From positions 141,917,069 through 141,981,068 of the forward strand of contig NC_068982.1 of the NCBI RefSeq assembly GCF_001194135.2: DNA of 64,000 nt, read 5' to 3'. This DNA comes from Octopus bimaculoides. Taxonomy: Eukaryota. Below the pieces are notes generated by a model that saw nothing but the letters and a program-made list of their open reading frames with translations, was not told the origin of the DNA and ran no database searches. The first letter of the stretch is position 1; the number at the start of each line of letters is the position of its first letter. This document shows positions 36,990-50,694 of the stretch, piece after piece. Made by a program: the position numbers and the translations under genes.

Positions 36990-37260
36990 TTGTAATTACA
37001 TACTGAGAGGACAGACACGATATTTCCCACCAGGTAAAGAAATCTAAATACTAAGACTTAGTCGACGAGACCCTTGTCAAAGGCTAGCATGCAGCCTCAT
37101 TTCCCATAGAAGCAGACTGCCACTACTTCCCATCGAGGTCAGTGGGCTATTTCTTTCAGAAGTTTGGACCGGTACCAAGACAACTGAAGAGAGCCATGAA
37201 GGAAACAGGCATGGCAACTTCAACTAGTTGATAAAATACCGCAAATGGAACGATGCCATG
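36990..37260 (+). mobile_element. HERO/NeSL-like non-LTR retrotransposon 3' remnant (restriction-like endonuclease)
   Basis: EDRHDISHQVKKSKY*DLVDETLVKG*HAASFPIEADC..FPSRSVGYFFQKFG..PRQLKRAMKETGMA resembles the ELTVPWE...KKAKY.EL...GW....PIEVGCRG C-terminus of HERO-type elements. Confidence 0.65.
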
Positions 37261-37484
37261 AGTGAAGTTTAGCTCAGTCCTTTCTGCCCCACTCAGATGA
37301 ATTATACAGGGTAAGAAAAGAAGCGCGTGTAACCTTGATATAGTTCCTGACGATATGGAAGTGTTTCCTGCACTGCAATCGATTTAGAAGACCTTGCAAA
37401 ACATTTGAATATCTCCTGCAGTTTCTGCAGGGGCGAAGCATGTGATGCTTAGTTCAACTGTAGATGTATACACTGAACTCAACA

Positions 37485-37630
37485 CGTTTTTTGTTCATTC
37501 TCTCTTTATTTCCTCTTATTCCTTTCTGTCGAAGAGCGTAGCGTCGAAACGTAAAGGACATTTACATTTTGCCTGAGCGTCAATCTTATATACTTGATTG
37601 TTGTTCATACATCTGTTTTCGTCGTTTCAG
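37485..37630 (+). mobile_element. PLE pseudo-LTR-like repeat carrying variant hammerhead motif
   Basis: Aligns to reverse complements of 53760-53835 and 315-380. Confidence 0.65.
37521..37557 (+). ncRNA. Minimal type I hammerhead-like motif with CUGUCGA core
   Basis: CCTTT-CTGTCGA-A-GAGC-GTA-GCGTC-GAA-ACGT-A-AAGG: stem I, imperfect stem II, palindromic ACGT stem III, GUA triplet. Confidence 0.5.
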
Positions 37631-38334
37631 CCATATATAGCCGTAGACTGAACAAGTAAATAATTTAGATGGTGACATATAATAGAAATTTGAAGTTATG
37701 AAGTAGACAGCAGGCTGTCAGTAAAACTACGATTGAGACGTTAAGGAAATATGATTTAAGTAACAAATACGAACTAATGACATTTGTACACCTATATTAT
37801 ATTGACAAGGGCATATATACAATTATGTTCTTTATCGGAAGAGTAGGAGGTGAATACCAATCCTAAATTGCATATAGAGCTGTGGTCGGATGCTATTCTT
37901 CATCTAAATCTTGTCGAGTTTCTTCTTTTTCTTTTCTTCTTACTTTCATGATAACATATGATCTCCCTCCGTTAAAAAATTTCCGTAATAATATATTATC
38001 ATTCCACCTGGAATATATTCTGGTTCGTCTTCATGCAACTATATTGTTGAATTTAGATCCAGAAATTTGCTAATATCTCCATGAATTATCTATCAGCAGT
38101 GTTGTCAGTATTTAAACATTTTTCTGTTTCTGAAGTGCGCTTGGAGAGATGAACAACATTAATGTCTATACACACGTGGAGCATACTGCCCAACAATGTA
38201 CTCTACGTTTAACAAAATTCTGTATCTTTTATATCCGGCTAAATAGAGTCTGTTCATTACACTTTTGAGAGTTGTGTGCATTTGAGCATGGTAGTAGCTT
38301 CCTATTACTATCCAATACATGGGTTATCGTTATT

Positions 38335-38757
38335 TTAATCTGGCTAACTAGCAGAAATGTTTGAGGGTGAGAAAAATCTATTGCAGTGTGAGGTGCCGCT
38401 TTTAAAGTCCGGGGTTCAAATGCCGCTCAGGTCAAAATGAAAGAGATTATCTGGCATACTAGTTAGCGTGTCAAAACAAAATGTCTGGAGAATTTCTTAC
38501 GACCCATTACGATCTTAAATCGTTCAATTCCGCCTGGAGGTTAATTTTTGTCTTTCATCCATCTGGGACTGATAATACTGAGTATCTGTCAAATGCTGTG
38601 GTTTATGACATCGACTAATCTATCCACCCAATATTGCTGGCCTTTTGCCGAAATTAGAAGTCATTCAAGAGAATTTCAAGAATTATTAACGCATCGGAGA
38701 ACATGCTTTGAGACATTTCTTTTGTCTCTTTACATACTTAGTTCAAATTCTGCCAGT
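38335..38757 (+). mobile_element. Cluster of old, degenerate SINE family 1 copies
   Basis: Three B-box-like motifs (ggttcaaatgcc, cgttcaattcc, agttcaaattct), core gtctttcatccatctggg and tail C ttgctggccttttgccgaaattagaa. Confidence 0.55.
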
Positions 38758-39963
38758 TGAACGATGGAGGCGATGATTTGGAGGAAAAACATGAAAGGCG
38801 CATTTAGTGGTTGTTTTTTATTGGCAGAAAGTCGATATATTAGACAATATACATCATTTTTAAAACTAACAACCGTTTAAAACCTAAATTCAGCAGAGAA
38901 AAAGAACGTCAATGTCTCCGGTAAAATAAATTGAGAATATCTTGTTTTTTTATTTTTGTTTACGACAGTTTTCTGCATTATTTACTTAGTTTTGATAATC
39001 CTAAGTGGTATATTTACTGTGTTCGTGCCATAAAAGGTACGTGATCACATTATATGCACCCAAATTTCAGCAGCGCATATTCGTAGACAAAGTGTTTTCG
39101 TGTATGCATGCGAGATCTGGGGAGTTTTTTTTTTTTTGACACATTTTAAGAGAAAATATGCGTCTTATATGCAATGTACGATAACTGTCTATACACATTT
39201 ATGTGGATATTACGCTTAGGGTTTATGTTGGCGATATCTGTACTCGCATCTGTTTTCATTTTCTCAAGCATGACAACGTTTGCGGTTCTTTTTTTTTTTA
39301 AATTGTTGCTATTTTAAGATATGTCGAGGTTCTGTTGATCCGCGCAGTAGAACTGATTTTGTCCATTGCAGGCAAGTTCCCTGGCGGCTATAGGTGTTTT
39401 CTCCTTTGCTTTCCCAATCTTCTTCATATTTGTTCAGAGTTTATTTCATTTTCATTTCCTCATTAATAGATATTATTCTCAATTTGCATCATATTTGTAA
39501 GTGTTGATGTTTGTTTGACCTCAAACATTTTCACAAATTCTTAACCAATGTTTTTTACATTCTGCATAGAAAGAAAAATGACCCTGACATATCGTATGAA
39601 GAAAAAACCCCACGCCTAAGACGCTAAATGTAAAACAGAGAGTAAACAATAGTTGAAATGGAGTGATAAGATTTCCTTCTGCTCCGCTTTCTCATATTAA
39701 TCTAATCTCATTTCCATTATCTCGTACAAACATAAACTATAAACAGATTATAGAGGGTATGTATGAATAAATTTGCCATTTATATTTTCGAAAAGTAACT
39801 TTAGTTACAAACATTATAGAAGGTAAATAATAATATTATATCTAAGTGGTTCACTTAAATTTAATTGTATCAACTAAAAATAAATCTTACACATTTTATA
39901 CTATATATAATGGATTGAGAAAATTAAATAACTGAAATGCAAAACACCACCGACACACACGCG

Positions 39964-40009
<46 letters not shown>

Positions 40010-43000
40010 NNNNNNNNNNNNNNNNNNNNNNNNNNNNNNNNNNNNNNNNNNNNNNNNNNNNNNNNNNNNNNNNNNNNNNNNNNNNNNNNNNNNNNNNNNN
40101 NNNNNNNNNNNNNNNNNNNNNNNNNNNNNNNNNNNNNNNNNNNNNNNNNNNNNNNNNNNNNNNNNNNNNNNNNNNNNNNNNNNNNNNNNNNNNNNNNNNN
40201 NNNNNNNNNNNNNNNNNNNNNNNNNNNNNNNNNNNNNNNNNNNNNNNNNNNNNNNNNNNNNNNNNNNNNNNNNNNNNNNNNNNNNNNNNNNNNNNNNNNN
40301 NNNNNNNNNNNNNNNNNNNNNNNNNNNNNNNNNNNNNNNNNNNNNNNNNNNNNNNNNNNNNNNNNNNNNNNNNNNNNNNNNNNNNNNNNNNNNNNNNNNN
40401 NNNNNNNNNNNNNNNNNNNNNNNNNNNNNNNNNNNNNNNNNNNNNNNNNNNNNNNNNNNNNNNNNNNNNNNNNNNNNNNNNNNNNNNNNNNNNNNNNNNN
40501 NNNNNNNNNNNNNNNNNNNNNNNNNNNNNNNNNNNNNNNNNNNNNNNNNNNNNNNNNNNNNNNNNNNNNNNNNNNNNNNNNNNNNNNNNNNNNNNNNNNN
40601 NNNNNNNNNGTGTGTGTGTGTGTGTGTGTGTGCAAACGCACACACATACTTATATATTTATATATATATACATATATGTATATATATAAACATCAATGTG
40701 TGCGCGCGTGTGTGTGTGTTTGTGCGTGTGTGTATATATGTGTGTGTGTGTGTGTGTATGTGTGTGTGGGTGTGTGTGGGTGTGTGTACAATATTACAAA
40801 CTGCGCTATCAAGTGATTTCATCCACTGGGAATTAGCTTTTTGACAGCAAACAACACAGACGTCAAATTTTAATATTTCATATGTAGAGATACCATTTTG
40901 CAGCTGCTATTCTACCTCAACCAAATGAAAAACCGAAATTTATGCTCCGGCGAGATCTTTTTTCTTTTTTTTAGGTGATTAGAGAATACATATTGCATTA
41001 GATTTCTTATATGGCAGCATTTGAACTTTTGGATCAACTACAAAATAGACTATCTCTGCTATCTCCGTTAAGAGCAAAATATATACCGAATGATTACAGG
41101 ACTGTCCTTCTTTTCGTACGACGTGTCGCAAATTCAATTACATCCCTGTAAATAAAATACATGTTATCCATTATTCGTCCCTGGCGTTATTAATTATTTC
41201 CTTAGATGTAGCATTTAGCATTGTTAATATATCATCTACTATATATCTGACTAAATTGCGATGATGAGATGAAATAAACTGATGCGATTAGGTTAGTATC
41301 ACCTTTTATCAGAACTATCAAAATGGTTCCCTTAAGCAAGGGACTTAAATTTTTCCTGACAATTTATCCTTTTTCTTTGAGAATCGCCAATAATTACCAT
41401 GAGATTTGGTTTTCTTTTGAGAACTAAACAATATTACTTTATTCGTTTATATCGAATATCTTCTCGTTACCTTTATACGTACTTGAATTACATTCAATAT
41501 TTTATACGAAACATTTCATTCAACAGAATTCTGCATATTGGATTAATCCCTTGTTCATATGTATACATTGAGCTGACTTTGGTTTTACGTACTATGGATT
41601 TCTTTATCTATATTCATATTACGTGTTCCTCCGTGTTTCTTATTTTCAAGAAAAACTTTGCATTTTATTAAAAAGTACTTCATAACTAGTTAAGTGTAGA
41701 TCAGTTGTAAGATATGTAACTCGTACCAATTTGATGCTGCTCTGATAAGACATACACATCCATGAGGTACATCGTTTCACTTCAGAACATCCTTACTTAC
41801 ATTATATTTGGATTAGAATATCTGGTAAAAAGCGCCAATAAAATGAACAATTGGATACGAAATGAAATCCCATTTGATATAATACTTTCCTCATAAGGAT
41901 CGGATAAATGATGATGTTTCTTACTTGGCTCAGTACAATCATCTCCAATTTATCATGACATCTGTCATATATTTATCGCACTTTTTTTAAATGCAATAAA
42001 TTTTATGATTAACTGGATGTTCGTTATTATCCCATGAACAGATTCTGAAATCTGTGAAAACGGTTTTTCCTCTTAATCAATAAATACAATGCGAAGATAT
42101 TCTAGGCACCAGTTCATGTATTACCCTCGATGATCCTATTGCAGTGATATATACTTCTTGACACTTTGAATAACGTATAAGCTTACCACATAGCGTAAGA
42201 TGCTTCTACAACATAGCTTTATCGCCTGATATAACTTCACCGAAATTATTTACCTTTGCTCAAACACTTTGTGGTTTAGATCTTTTTCATTTAGATTAAA
42301 TCCTTTTCATTGTTGTATTTATTTTTATTTACGTTTTGATACTATATACAAATTGCGTTTTCATCTTTCTCTGTATCATATTTTACCATATTTTTCCTTG
42401 GGCTTAAAACCATCCTATATTATATGTCTTAAAGAAATAATACATATGCTTTCACAGAATTGCAGCTCCTACAATATATTTGTTGATATTTCTTATGTCT
42501 GGTTTTATTGATGTTCACATCTGTTTCTACAACGTCTAGGGTAGTTTCTGATTGCTATTGTAGTTGATATTTTCTCATTAATTTTTATCTTTGATACTAG
42601 GTTTCGATAGTCCATAGGAAGATCTTCAATCGATTTTAATTCTTTACCATTTTCTACATTTAGCTTATCGTCATGTTCAATATATATTTATTTCCCATCT
42701 TTTCATTTTTCTTTACTTACATGTTTGTAATATTCTAATATTCAATTGTGTTCAGAGTTTCTAGATCGATATTACGTGCTTATCCAAGCTGTGGGTGTAC
42801 ACGCATGCACACACTCACACACACTCATACATGCACGCACACAAGCATACACACGCGCGCAAACTTACAGAGGCATTCGCACACTGACAAACTCACAAAC
42901 TCACAAACTCAAGTACGTATATATGCGTAAACCTCATGTGTCCGTGTGTTTGTATGTTCATGTATATATGCATGAAGACACATACATAACTGTATACGTG

Positions 43001-43066
43001 TGTATATAATTATACTATACATGTGTTCACACAAACGTATGTATGCATATATATGTATATATATGT

Positions 43067-43143
<77 letters not shown>

Positions 43144-43622
43144 ATATGTATATATNNNNNNNNNNNNNNNNNNNNNNNNNNNNNNNNNNNNNNNNNNNNN
43201 NNNNNNNNNNNNNNNNNNNNNNNNNNNNNNNNNNNNNNNNNNNNNNNNNNNNNNNNNNNNNNNNNNNNNNNNNNNNNNNNNNNNNNNNNNNNNNNNNNNN
43301 NNNNNNNNNNNNNNNNNNNNNNNNNNNNNNNNNNNNNNNNNNNNNNNNNNNNNNNNNNNNNNNNNNNNNNNNNNNNNNNNNNNNNNNNNNNNNNNNNNNN
43401 NNNNNNNNNNNNNNNNNNNNNNNNNNNNNNNNNNNNNNNNNNNNNNNNNNNNNNNNNNNNNNNNNNNNNNNNNTATATATGCATATATTCAATATGGTTC
43501 TCCAGTATGACTGCAGTCGAAGGACTGAAATAGATAAAAGAATAAAAGAACGTGTACACATACATGTAGAAATGTGTAAGAAATAATGTGTGCTTGTGTA
43601 TTAATGTGCCTGTGTGCCTGTG

Positions 43623-43679
<57 letters not shown>

Positions 43680-44747
43680 ATTGGTTTTGCTAGATACGGT
43701 GTATAGCTCGTTTATTTTACTTATGAGATCTATGCTTACAACTTTTTGTGGTTTTTATGAATTTATTTTTGTAGTTTGTAGTTATGTCTTTATTTAGATG
43801 TTTATGATGATGCTTCCATCGAGTTTTCCTTCAATATACATTGCATGTATTCGTTTTGAAATGTGTATCAGCTGCAATTATTTAGTCAGTAATATCCAAA
43901 TTTACTTATAGATCCGGGCGAGGCTATCCTTAGACATAATAATTGATAGTCTCAGAGAGAAAATTCAACTAATAGTGGAATGTGATTCATTTTGAGGTCA
44001 ACTCTGCTTTTAGTATTTTCTTTGTGAATCTTTGAAATTAAAGTCTGAACTTTTTAATTAATGTCATCATTAATTAGCTACTTTAAATATTATGATCTTC
44101 GCTGTGTTTTGACTTTTCTTTATCTAATTCAAACAAGCTATGCTTTTATATTTTTCGTTTATATATTTATTTTTCTTTCAGGCTGCAATCGATTTCCTTT
44201 GTATGTCGTCTGATTGTACTTTGGTCAGTCTTGTAACAATTTCCTTTTACAATCATCTTGCTGTATAAGCATGAAGTGATCCTGAACGAACAAACAAAAA
44301 GTTTAATACTTTCTCAGTTGTGTCACTCCTATTTCAGAAAGACTCTGTGCTACTTTTGAAACTATAGTCTCTCTTTCTAGCACATCGAATGACCACGTAA
44401 AGACCCTAATGTCGTTCGCTCTGAAATACTTTTCTGATGTAGCATCGCTTAGACTATCATGACTAATGTAAAACATATCTCATCAGGCAAATCAAGCATT
44501 TATAACCGGACACATAATATGGTAAGCAACAATTTATGTGTTTCCATGCTAGTAATGCTCTGAGATAACCGTGATTTATCATTCTTTTATATTTATTTTT
44601 GTGCAGACATTGTATTATAAATTTAATTCGTCTAATTATATTGTGTATGCCATCATTTCACTCTTTAAGATTCACTAGTTCTTCCTACACAATAAATCTT
44701 CTTAAGCCCCTTGTTAAAAGCTTATTTGTGACTTCTGCCTCATAAAA

Positions 44748-44816
<69 letters not shown>

Positions 44817-44840
44817 GATTATTATCATTATTATTATTAA

Positions 44841-44876
<36 letters not shown>

Positions 44877-45030
44877 TATTATTATTATTATAACAAAAAA
44901 TAACAATAATAATAATAATGGCAATAATAGTAATAATAACAACAATAACAACAACAACAACAGCAACATCAACAACAACAACAACAATAACAACAATAAC
45001 AACAACAACAACAACAAGAATTATGATAAT
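44748..45030. repeat. Compound (ATT)-(AAT)-(AAC) microsatellite
   Basis: Directly visible. Confidence 0.95.
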
Positions 45031-45578
45031 AAGATGCAGTACCAGGCAATGGCTCTCATGGCTTCTCATTTTAACTGATTGGAAGTGTTATCATGTACAT
45101 TGTTTTGTCTTGGTATAAAAAGATGGGCTACAGCAAATATTCTGCTCAATACCACAGATTTGCTTGTTAGTTGCGTGACCGTAACCAGTTGAGCATGTCC
45201 CTTAGTGGCTGACGATATGGGCATCTCTGATCATGAGCAGAAGTAGTCGGGAAGAACATAGCCATGTTTTGAAAGAAATTCTTTAGTTTTGGAAACATGT
45301 GTCTTTCGTTCAACATCCTTAAATAAACTTTATTCAAGGACCTTTAGATTGGGATGGGCTACTCGACCTGAAGAAAATATTCTAAATAGGTCCTACCTGC
45401 AAGATCATGCGCTGTTTATCTTGATATGAAATCACCATGTCGCTCACATATGGTTTTGATGCATGTGCCTGGTATGACCTTATTAAATGTGTAATCATAA
45501 TGGGTATACTGGGCTTCGTATATTTTACCCCAGTGTCACTTTGATGGCATGCAGTGCTCTCTCATTCAATAATAACAA
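45030..45578 (+). mobile_element. About 550-bp non-coding retroposon with TAA-type tail
   Basis: 3' end (gggcttcgtatattttaccccagtgtcactttgatggcatgcagtgctctctcattcaataataa) recurs as a 5'-truncated copy at 23974-24030; both copies abut triplet microsatellites. Confidence 0.6.
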
Positions 45579-45584
45579 ACTGAG

Positions 45585-45785
45585 CTGATAGAATCACTAG
45601 CACGTCGGACAAAATGCTTAACGGGCAAAATGTCTTTACGTTTTAAGTTCAAATTCCGCCGAGGTCGACTTTGATTTTCATCCTGACGAGGTCGATAAAA
45701 TAAGTACCAGTTGAACCAGTTGATGTAATCGAATTATCCCCTACCCCGTAACTTCTAGACTTGTGAAAAAATTTGAACCCATTAT
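45585..45785 (+). mobile_element. SINE family 1 copy (tail C) followed by (ATT)n 45780-46060
   Basis: aagttcaaattccgccgaggtcgactttgattttcatcc..gtcgataaaataagtaccag. Confidence 0.85.
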
Positions 45786-45787
45786 TA

Positions 45788-45921
<134 letters not shown>

Positions 45922-45968
45922 GATATTATTATTATTATTATTATTATTAATACTACAAGTACTACTAC

Positions 45969-46061
<93 letters not shown>

Positions 46062-46084
46062 GGCAACGATATTAAAGTACCTTT

Positions 46085-46255
46085 ATCACACCTGATCAAA
46101 TGCTTAGCGGCATTTCGTCTGTCTTTGCGTTCTGAGATCAAATACAGCCGAGATCAATTTAGCATGTAATCCCCTTGGGGTCGATGAAATAAGTAGCAGT
46201 TGAGCACTTGGGTCGATGAAATTGCTGCTCTTGTGGCAAGATTTGAAACCATTAT
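46085..46255 (+). mobile_element. Partial SINE family 1 copy
   Basis: aaatgcttagcggcatttcgtctgtctttgcgttctgag...ggggtcgatgaaataagtagcagttgagcac...aagatttgaaacc. Confidence 0.75.
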
Positions 46256-47249
46256 TATTGTTTCAATTGTTATTGTAGTTTTATCGTCATCGTCGTTGCC
46301 AATATTTATTAATGTTACTACTACTATTACTGCTGCCGCTGCCACTGTGTTTAGTGATATTGCGACTCACCGTGTGATACCGTGCGTCAATTGCGATGGA
46401 AGTTTGGATTTTTGCCAGGTGCTACTGAAAAAGTCTTTTACTTTACTTTCAAAGTATGGATTATTTCACAAACAAAGAACTGTACAACAGCATTGGGTCT
46501 GACACATTTTGCGGCAGACATCAAAGTCACTACTTGTGTGAAATTTTCTTTCTCCATTCTTCTTGTCAATTTTGTAAACATATCTAGTCGGAAGAAAATG
46601 GACAAATATTCCTCCAAGGAATCATATGTAGAATACATTTATATTCATAAGACGACAAGAAAAAGAAGAGCTTAGAATAGTCAAATATTCAAATCGAGAA
46701 AAGAGGAAAAACATGAGCGAATCTTTATGAAGAAACATTAAAATTATCCAGAATATTTTGAAATATACGGAAACCTGTAACCACAACAAACAGCAAAATA
46801 GCAAAAATACGAATACACATATATCATAGATTGCCAACGAAAGCATAGAAATAATGACGAAAACAGTAACGTTGCAGAAAATAACAACACTGAGAATATG
46901 TACACGAACATCTTCACACACATATATGCGTACACAATGACAAAGTAATGTGTTTCATTTGCAGGACAGAGTCTGCCTTTTGCAAATGTGTGTCCGCCAT
47001 TTGCAAAGGAATAGTCCAGATTGAATATTTTAATGAATGAACAACTGCCCCGCAAAACTGCGCATTTGTCTGGTTCAATTCTTAGTTCAGATACGAGAAA
47101 TTAAATAAGCAGTGTACTTGCTGTTGTGAACATATCAAGATCTTTGAATGTTCCCGAATAAAGCTCTAAATCTTTGAATGAGAAGGAGAAAGTGTATGGT
47201 GCACAGTGCTTTAATTCTAGGTTGTAAAATTTGTGGAGTTCTCCTGTGC

Positions 47250-47530
47250 AGAAGGGGTACAACAATATTGTCGGCGCAGGAATACGAGATTTACCTTCAA
47301 GGTTATGGTTGACAAGATTGCCCGATGGTTGTTGATCATTTTTGTAACGCAATATGGGCGTGTGAACGCACGCGGCCAAGTGACTATGGTGTTGCACTCA
47401 CGATCGTAATACCGATTCGCAAACAAGGAAACGCTTTGTTTTCCGAAACAAAACGATTCATTTCATGTTCACCCACCAATAGCGTCCCGTTCAGCAGAGG
47501 GTGTTCTAAACACAGTCACAGATAATTTAC
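47250..47530 (+). mobile_element. Decayed LINE (RTE/CR1-like) fragment at the start of the RT domain
   Basis: HFCNAIW....PSD....TIVIPIRKQGN...KRFIS resembles the LCN..W....P..W....IVPIPKKG....NYR.ISL motif at the start of LINE RTs. Confidence 0.5.
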
Positions 47531-48965
47531 GGAATCCGTGTTAAACTCCGGTGTTATAATTATGTGACTTAAGTTCATTTTATAGAAGCAGGTGACCGGG
47601 TTGGCGAGATGTTTGCTTTCATGTGACTGGGTTATTGTTGTCGTGCAAAACCTCATGTCATATATCTATGGCAATTAAAGTCATTTTCTTACTCTGTACC
47701 CAGAAGACAGGGTAAAATAGTAACAGTAGCAGTAGCGGTCGAATACACAGGCTGTTGTTTTAAGGAAACAATACGTGCAACATTCTAAATAAGTGAAATG
47801 TTATTTGCATTTTCCTTTAAGGAGATGGCTGGAAAAAAGGCTATCTTCTATTAAGCAGAAATAGTTATGGCAAAACAGGACTCTAGACTAGCAAAACAAC
47901 AAATAGGATATTCAGTCACTGATTACTTCTCTACAAGTGCAACGATAGTAACAGCTGCATCGAAACGTTAGCTCGCGTAACCCAATATGTAGCATTCATT
48001 TTTTTTTTATGCAACGTCTGAAGTAGGAGAGGGAATGGAAGGAGAGGTTACACGACTTGGTCTTAGAGGAGGGCAGAGAAAATCAGTTTCAAGGAAGTTA
48101 CACCTACATTAATAGTATTTTCATGTCAAAGTTCACGACACTCCTACTAATATCGTACATCCGTGACATGTAACTCTATTTCACTTCAAGATTTTTGCAG
48201 ATGAATCTTATAAATTCTAACTCATTATAGCGATTTTCACAGAATGATGAATAATTCTCAATACACAGCTTCAGTATCCAAGCAGAATGGAAATATAAAA
48301 AGATGACGTATGTTGTTGGATTTAACTATCAATGATCATTACCGGTTACTTAGTGACACTAGCGTCAAAACATTTATGGTGGGTGATAATGAATTTAGTG
48401 TTGAAAGAAAATTTCCATCCCGGTGAAATGCTGCCGTTTCAATGGTCCACTTGGAGAAGGAGGTTCAAGAAGAACAAACCACTTTGTTAAGTATTGCACC
48501 GGGGTCTATATGTCTCTAAGACATCTTTGGAATGACGTATTAGTTATGAACGCATTTTAATTTTCAAAAGTCGAATTAGAACTTAAGACATATCATGACG
48601 GGGATATTGAATGAAAACAGATTTCTTTATTTACTTTGCACTCTACACAGACAATTATCTCCTTTTGATCATTTACGTTTGGGTTGGAATAAAAACTCTT
48701 AAAGGACATTGCACGATATGACTATAAAGAATTTATTTGTTTTCTTTTCTTCACATAAGTTTCCTTGCAGTTTGTTTGATGGAGTTACTATATATTGCCC
48801 TGTTTGTCGAGCAATTTTTCTCAACAGTTATCGGTGATAAATCTTATGGCAAACAGCGTGCAGTTTCTGTTCATTTCAAAAAGCTGTACATAATAATAGC
48901 TTCCAATGGTAAAATATGGTTTTCAGATGTTTCAGGAGACGTGATATTAATATATATGAAGACAG

Positions 48966-49140
48966 ACATGCAGGTACACAATATACATATAACTAGACAA
49001 AAATACAGACTCTACGAAATGCACAAAGGCACACACATATGCACACAATCAAACATACAGGTACACAATTTACATATAACCAGAGACAAATACAGACTCG
49101 ATAAAATACACAAACACACACACACAGAGTTTTACACAAT
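48966..49140 (+). repeat. Two-copy 87-bp tandem duplication
   Basis: acatgcaggtacacaatatacatataactagacaaaaatacagactc at 48966 and acatacaggtacacaatttacatataaccagagacaaatacagactc at 49053. Confidence 0.8.
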
Positions 49141-50656
49141 CAGGCATACAATCAAGGATGTACGTTACCATTATATGACTTATTATTTTGTTAGCGTCTA
49201 TTCCATCATAGTGAAGTTTGATAGATGTTTGGTCTTATATATAATTCTATTTCTTTAGCTAATGCAGTACTTAGATATTGACAGGCTTCGTAAATTGTAT
49301 GCATAAGTAAATATAAGTAAATTCATATAAAACAAGCGTTTTACATTCTTCGACATCAATATATTACATAAACACGCGACAATGAGAAACGAACGCATAC
49401 AGACTGTCGTTTCACCTGCACATTATAATTTATACTCCACTCTATCTCTTTATTTATGATATATATATATATATATATANNNNNNNNNNNNNNNNNNNNN
49501 NNNNNNNNNNNNNNNNNNNNNNNNNNNNNNNNNNNNNNNNNNNNNNNNNNNNNNNNNNNNNNNNNNNNNNNNNNNNNNNNNNNNNNNNNNNNNNNNNNNN
49601 NNNNNNNNNNNNNNNNNNNNNNNNNNNNNNNNNNNNNNNNNNNNNNNNNNNNNNNNNNNNNNNNNNNNNNNNNNNNNNNNNNNNNNNNNNNNNNNNNNNN
49701 NNNNNNNNNNNNNNNNNNNNNNNNNNNNNNNNNNNNNNNNNNNNNNNNNNNNNNNNNNNNNNNNNNNNNNNNNNNNNNNNNNNNNNNNNNNNNNNNNNNN
49801 NNNNNNNNNNNNNNNNNNNNNNNNNNNNNNNNNNNNNNNNNNNNNNNNNNNNNNNNNNNNNNNNNNNNNNNNNNNNNNNNNNNNNNNNNNNNNNNNNNNN
49901 NNNNNNNNNNNNNNNNNNNNNNNNNNNNNNNNNNNNNNNNNNNNNNNNNNNNNNNNNNNNNNNNNNNNNNNNNNNNNNNNNNNNNNNNNNNNNNNNNNNN
50001 NNNNNNNNNNNNNNNNNNNNNNNNNNNNNNNNNNNNNNNNNNNNNNNNNNNNNNNNNNNNNNNNNNNNNNNNNNNNNNNNNNNNNNNNNNNNNNNNNNNN
50101 NNNNNNNNNNNNNNNNNNNNNNNNNNNNNNNNNNNNNNNNNNNNNNNNNNNNNNNNNNNNNNNNNNNNNNNNNNNNNNNNNNNNNNNNNNNNNNNNNNNN
50201 NNNNNNNNNNNNNNNNNNNNNNNNNNNNNNNNNNNNNNNNNNNNNNNNNNNNNNNNNNNNNNNNNNNNNNNNNNNNNNNNNNNNNNNNNNNNNNNNNNNN
50301 NNNNNNNNNNNNNNNNNNNNNNNNNNNNNNNNNNNNNNNNNNNNNNNNNNNNNNNNNNNNNNNNNNNNNNNNNNNAATAATATTTAAGATATATAGTGTT
50401 CTAATTTCTAGTTTTCGTACATGCAGAACGTACAAAATGAAGTGTGATTATCCTCTCTTCGGTGTTTTGAAGGGCAATATAGATGCATAAAATATCCGAT
50501 AAAGATGTGTAATAACATACTGTTGGATATGCTGAGAAGCAATATATATTCAGTTTGTAGCAGAATAAATTGCAAGAAATGATATATCAGAACCGATGAA
50601 TGATACGAACATTGTTTATCTCGTGTATGTTTGAAAGAGAGTTTATGTTTTTCATA

Positions 50657-50694
<38 letters not shown>

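Noticed and set aside
47101-47397. 98-aa minus-strand ORF with an apparent acceptor near 47250
   Set aside because: Overlaps the antisense strand of a LINE RT remnant; weak donor; no recognisable domain.
48737-49258. 173-aa ORF as a single coding region
   Set aside because: The 3' half is an 87-bp tandem duplication and CA-rich sequence; only 48771-48908 is retained as a weak exon candidate.
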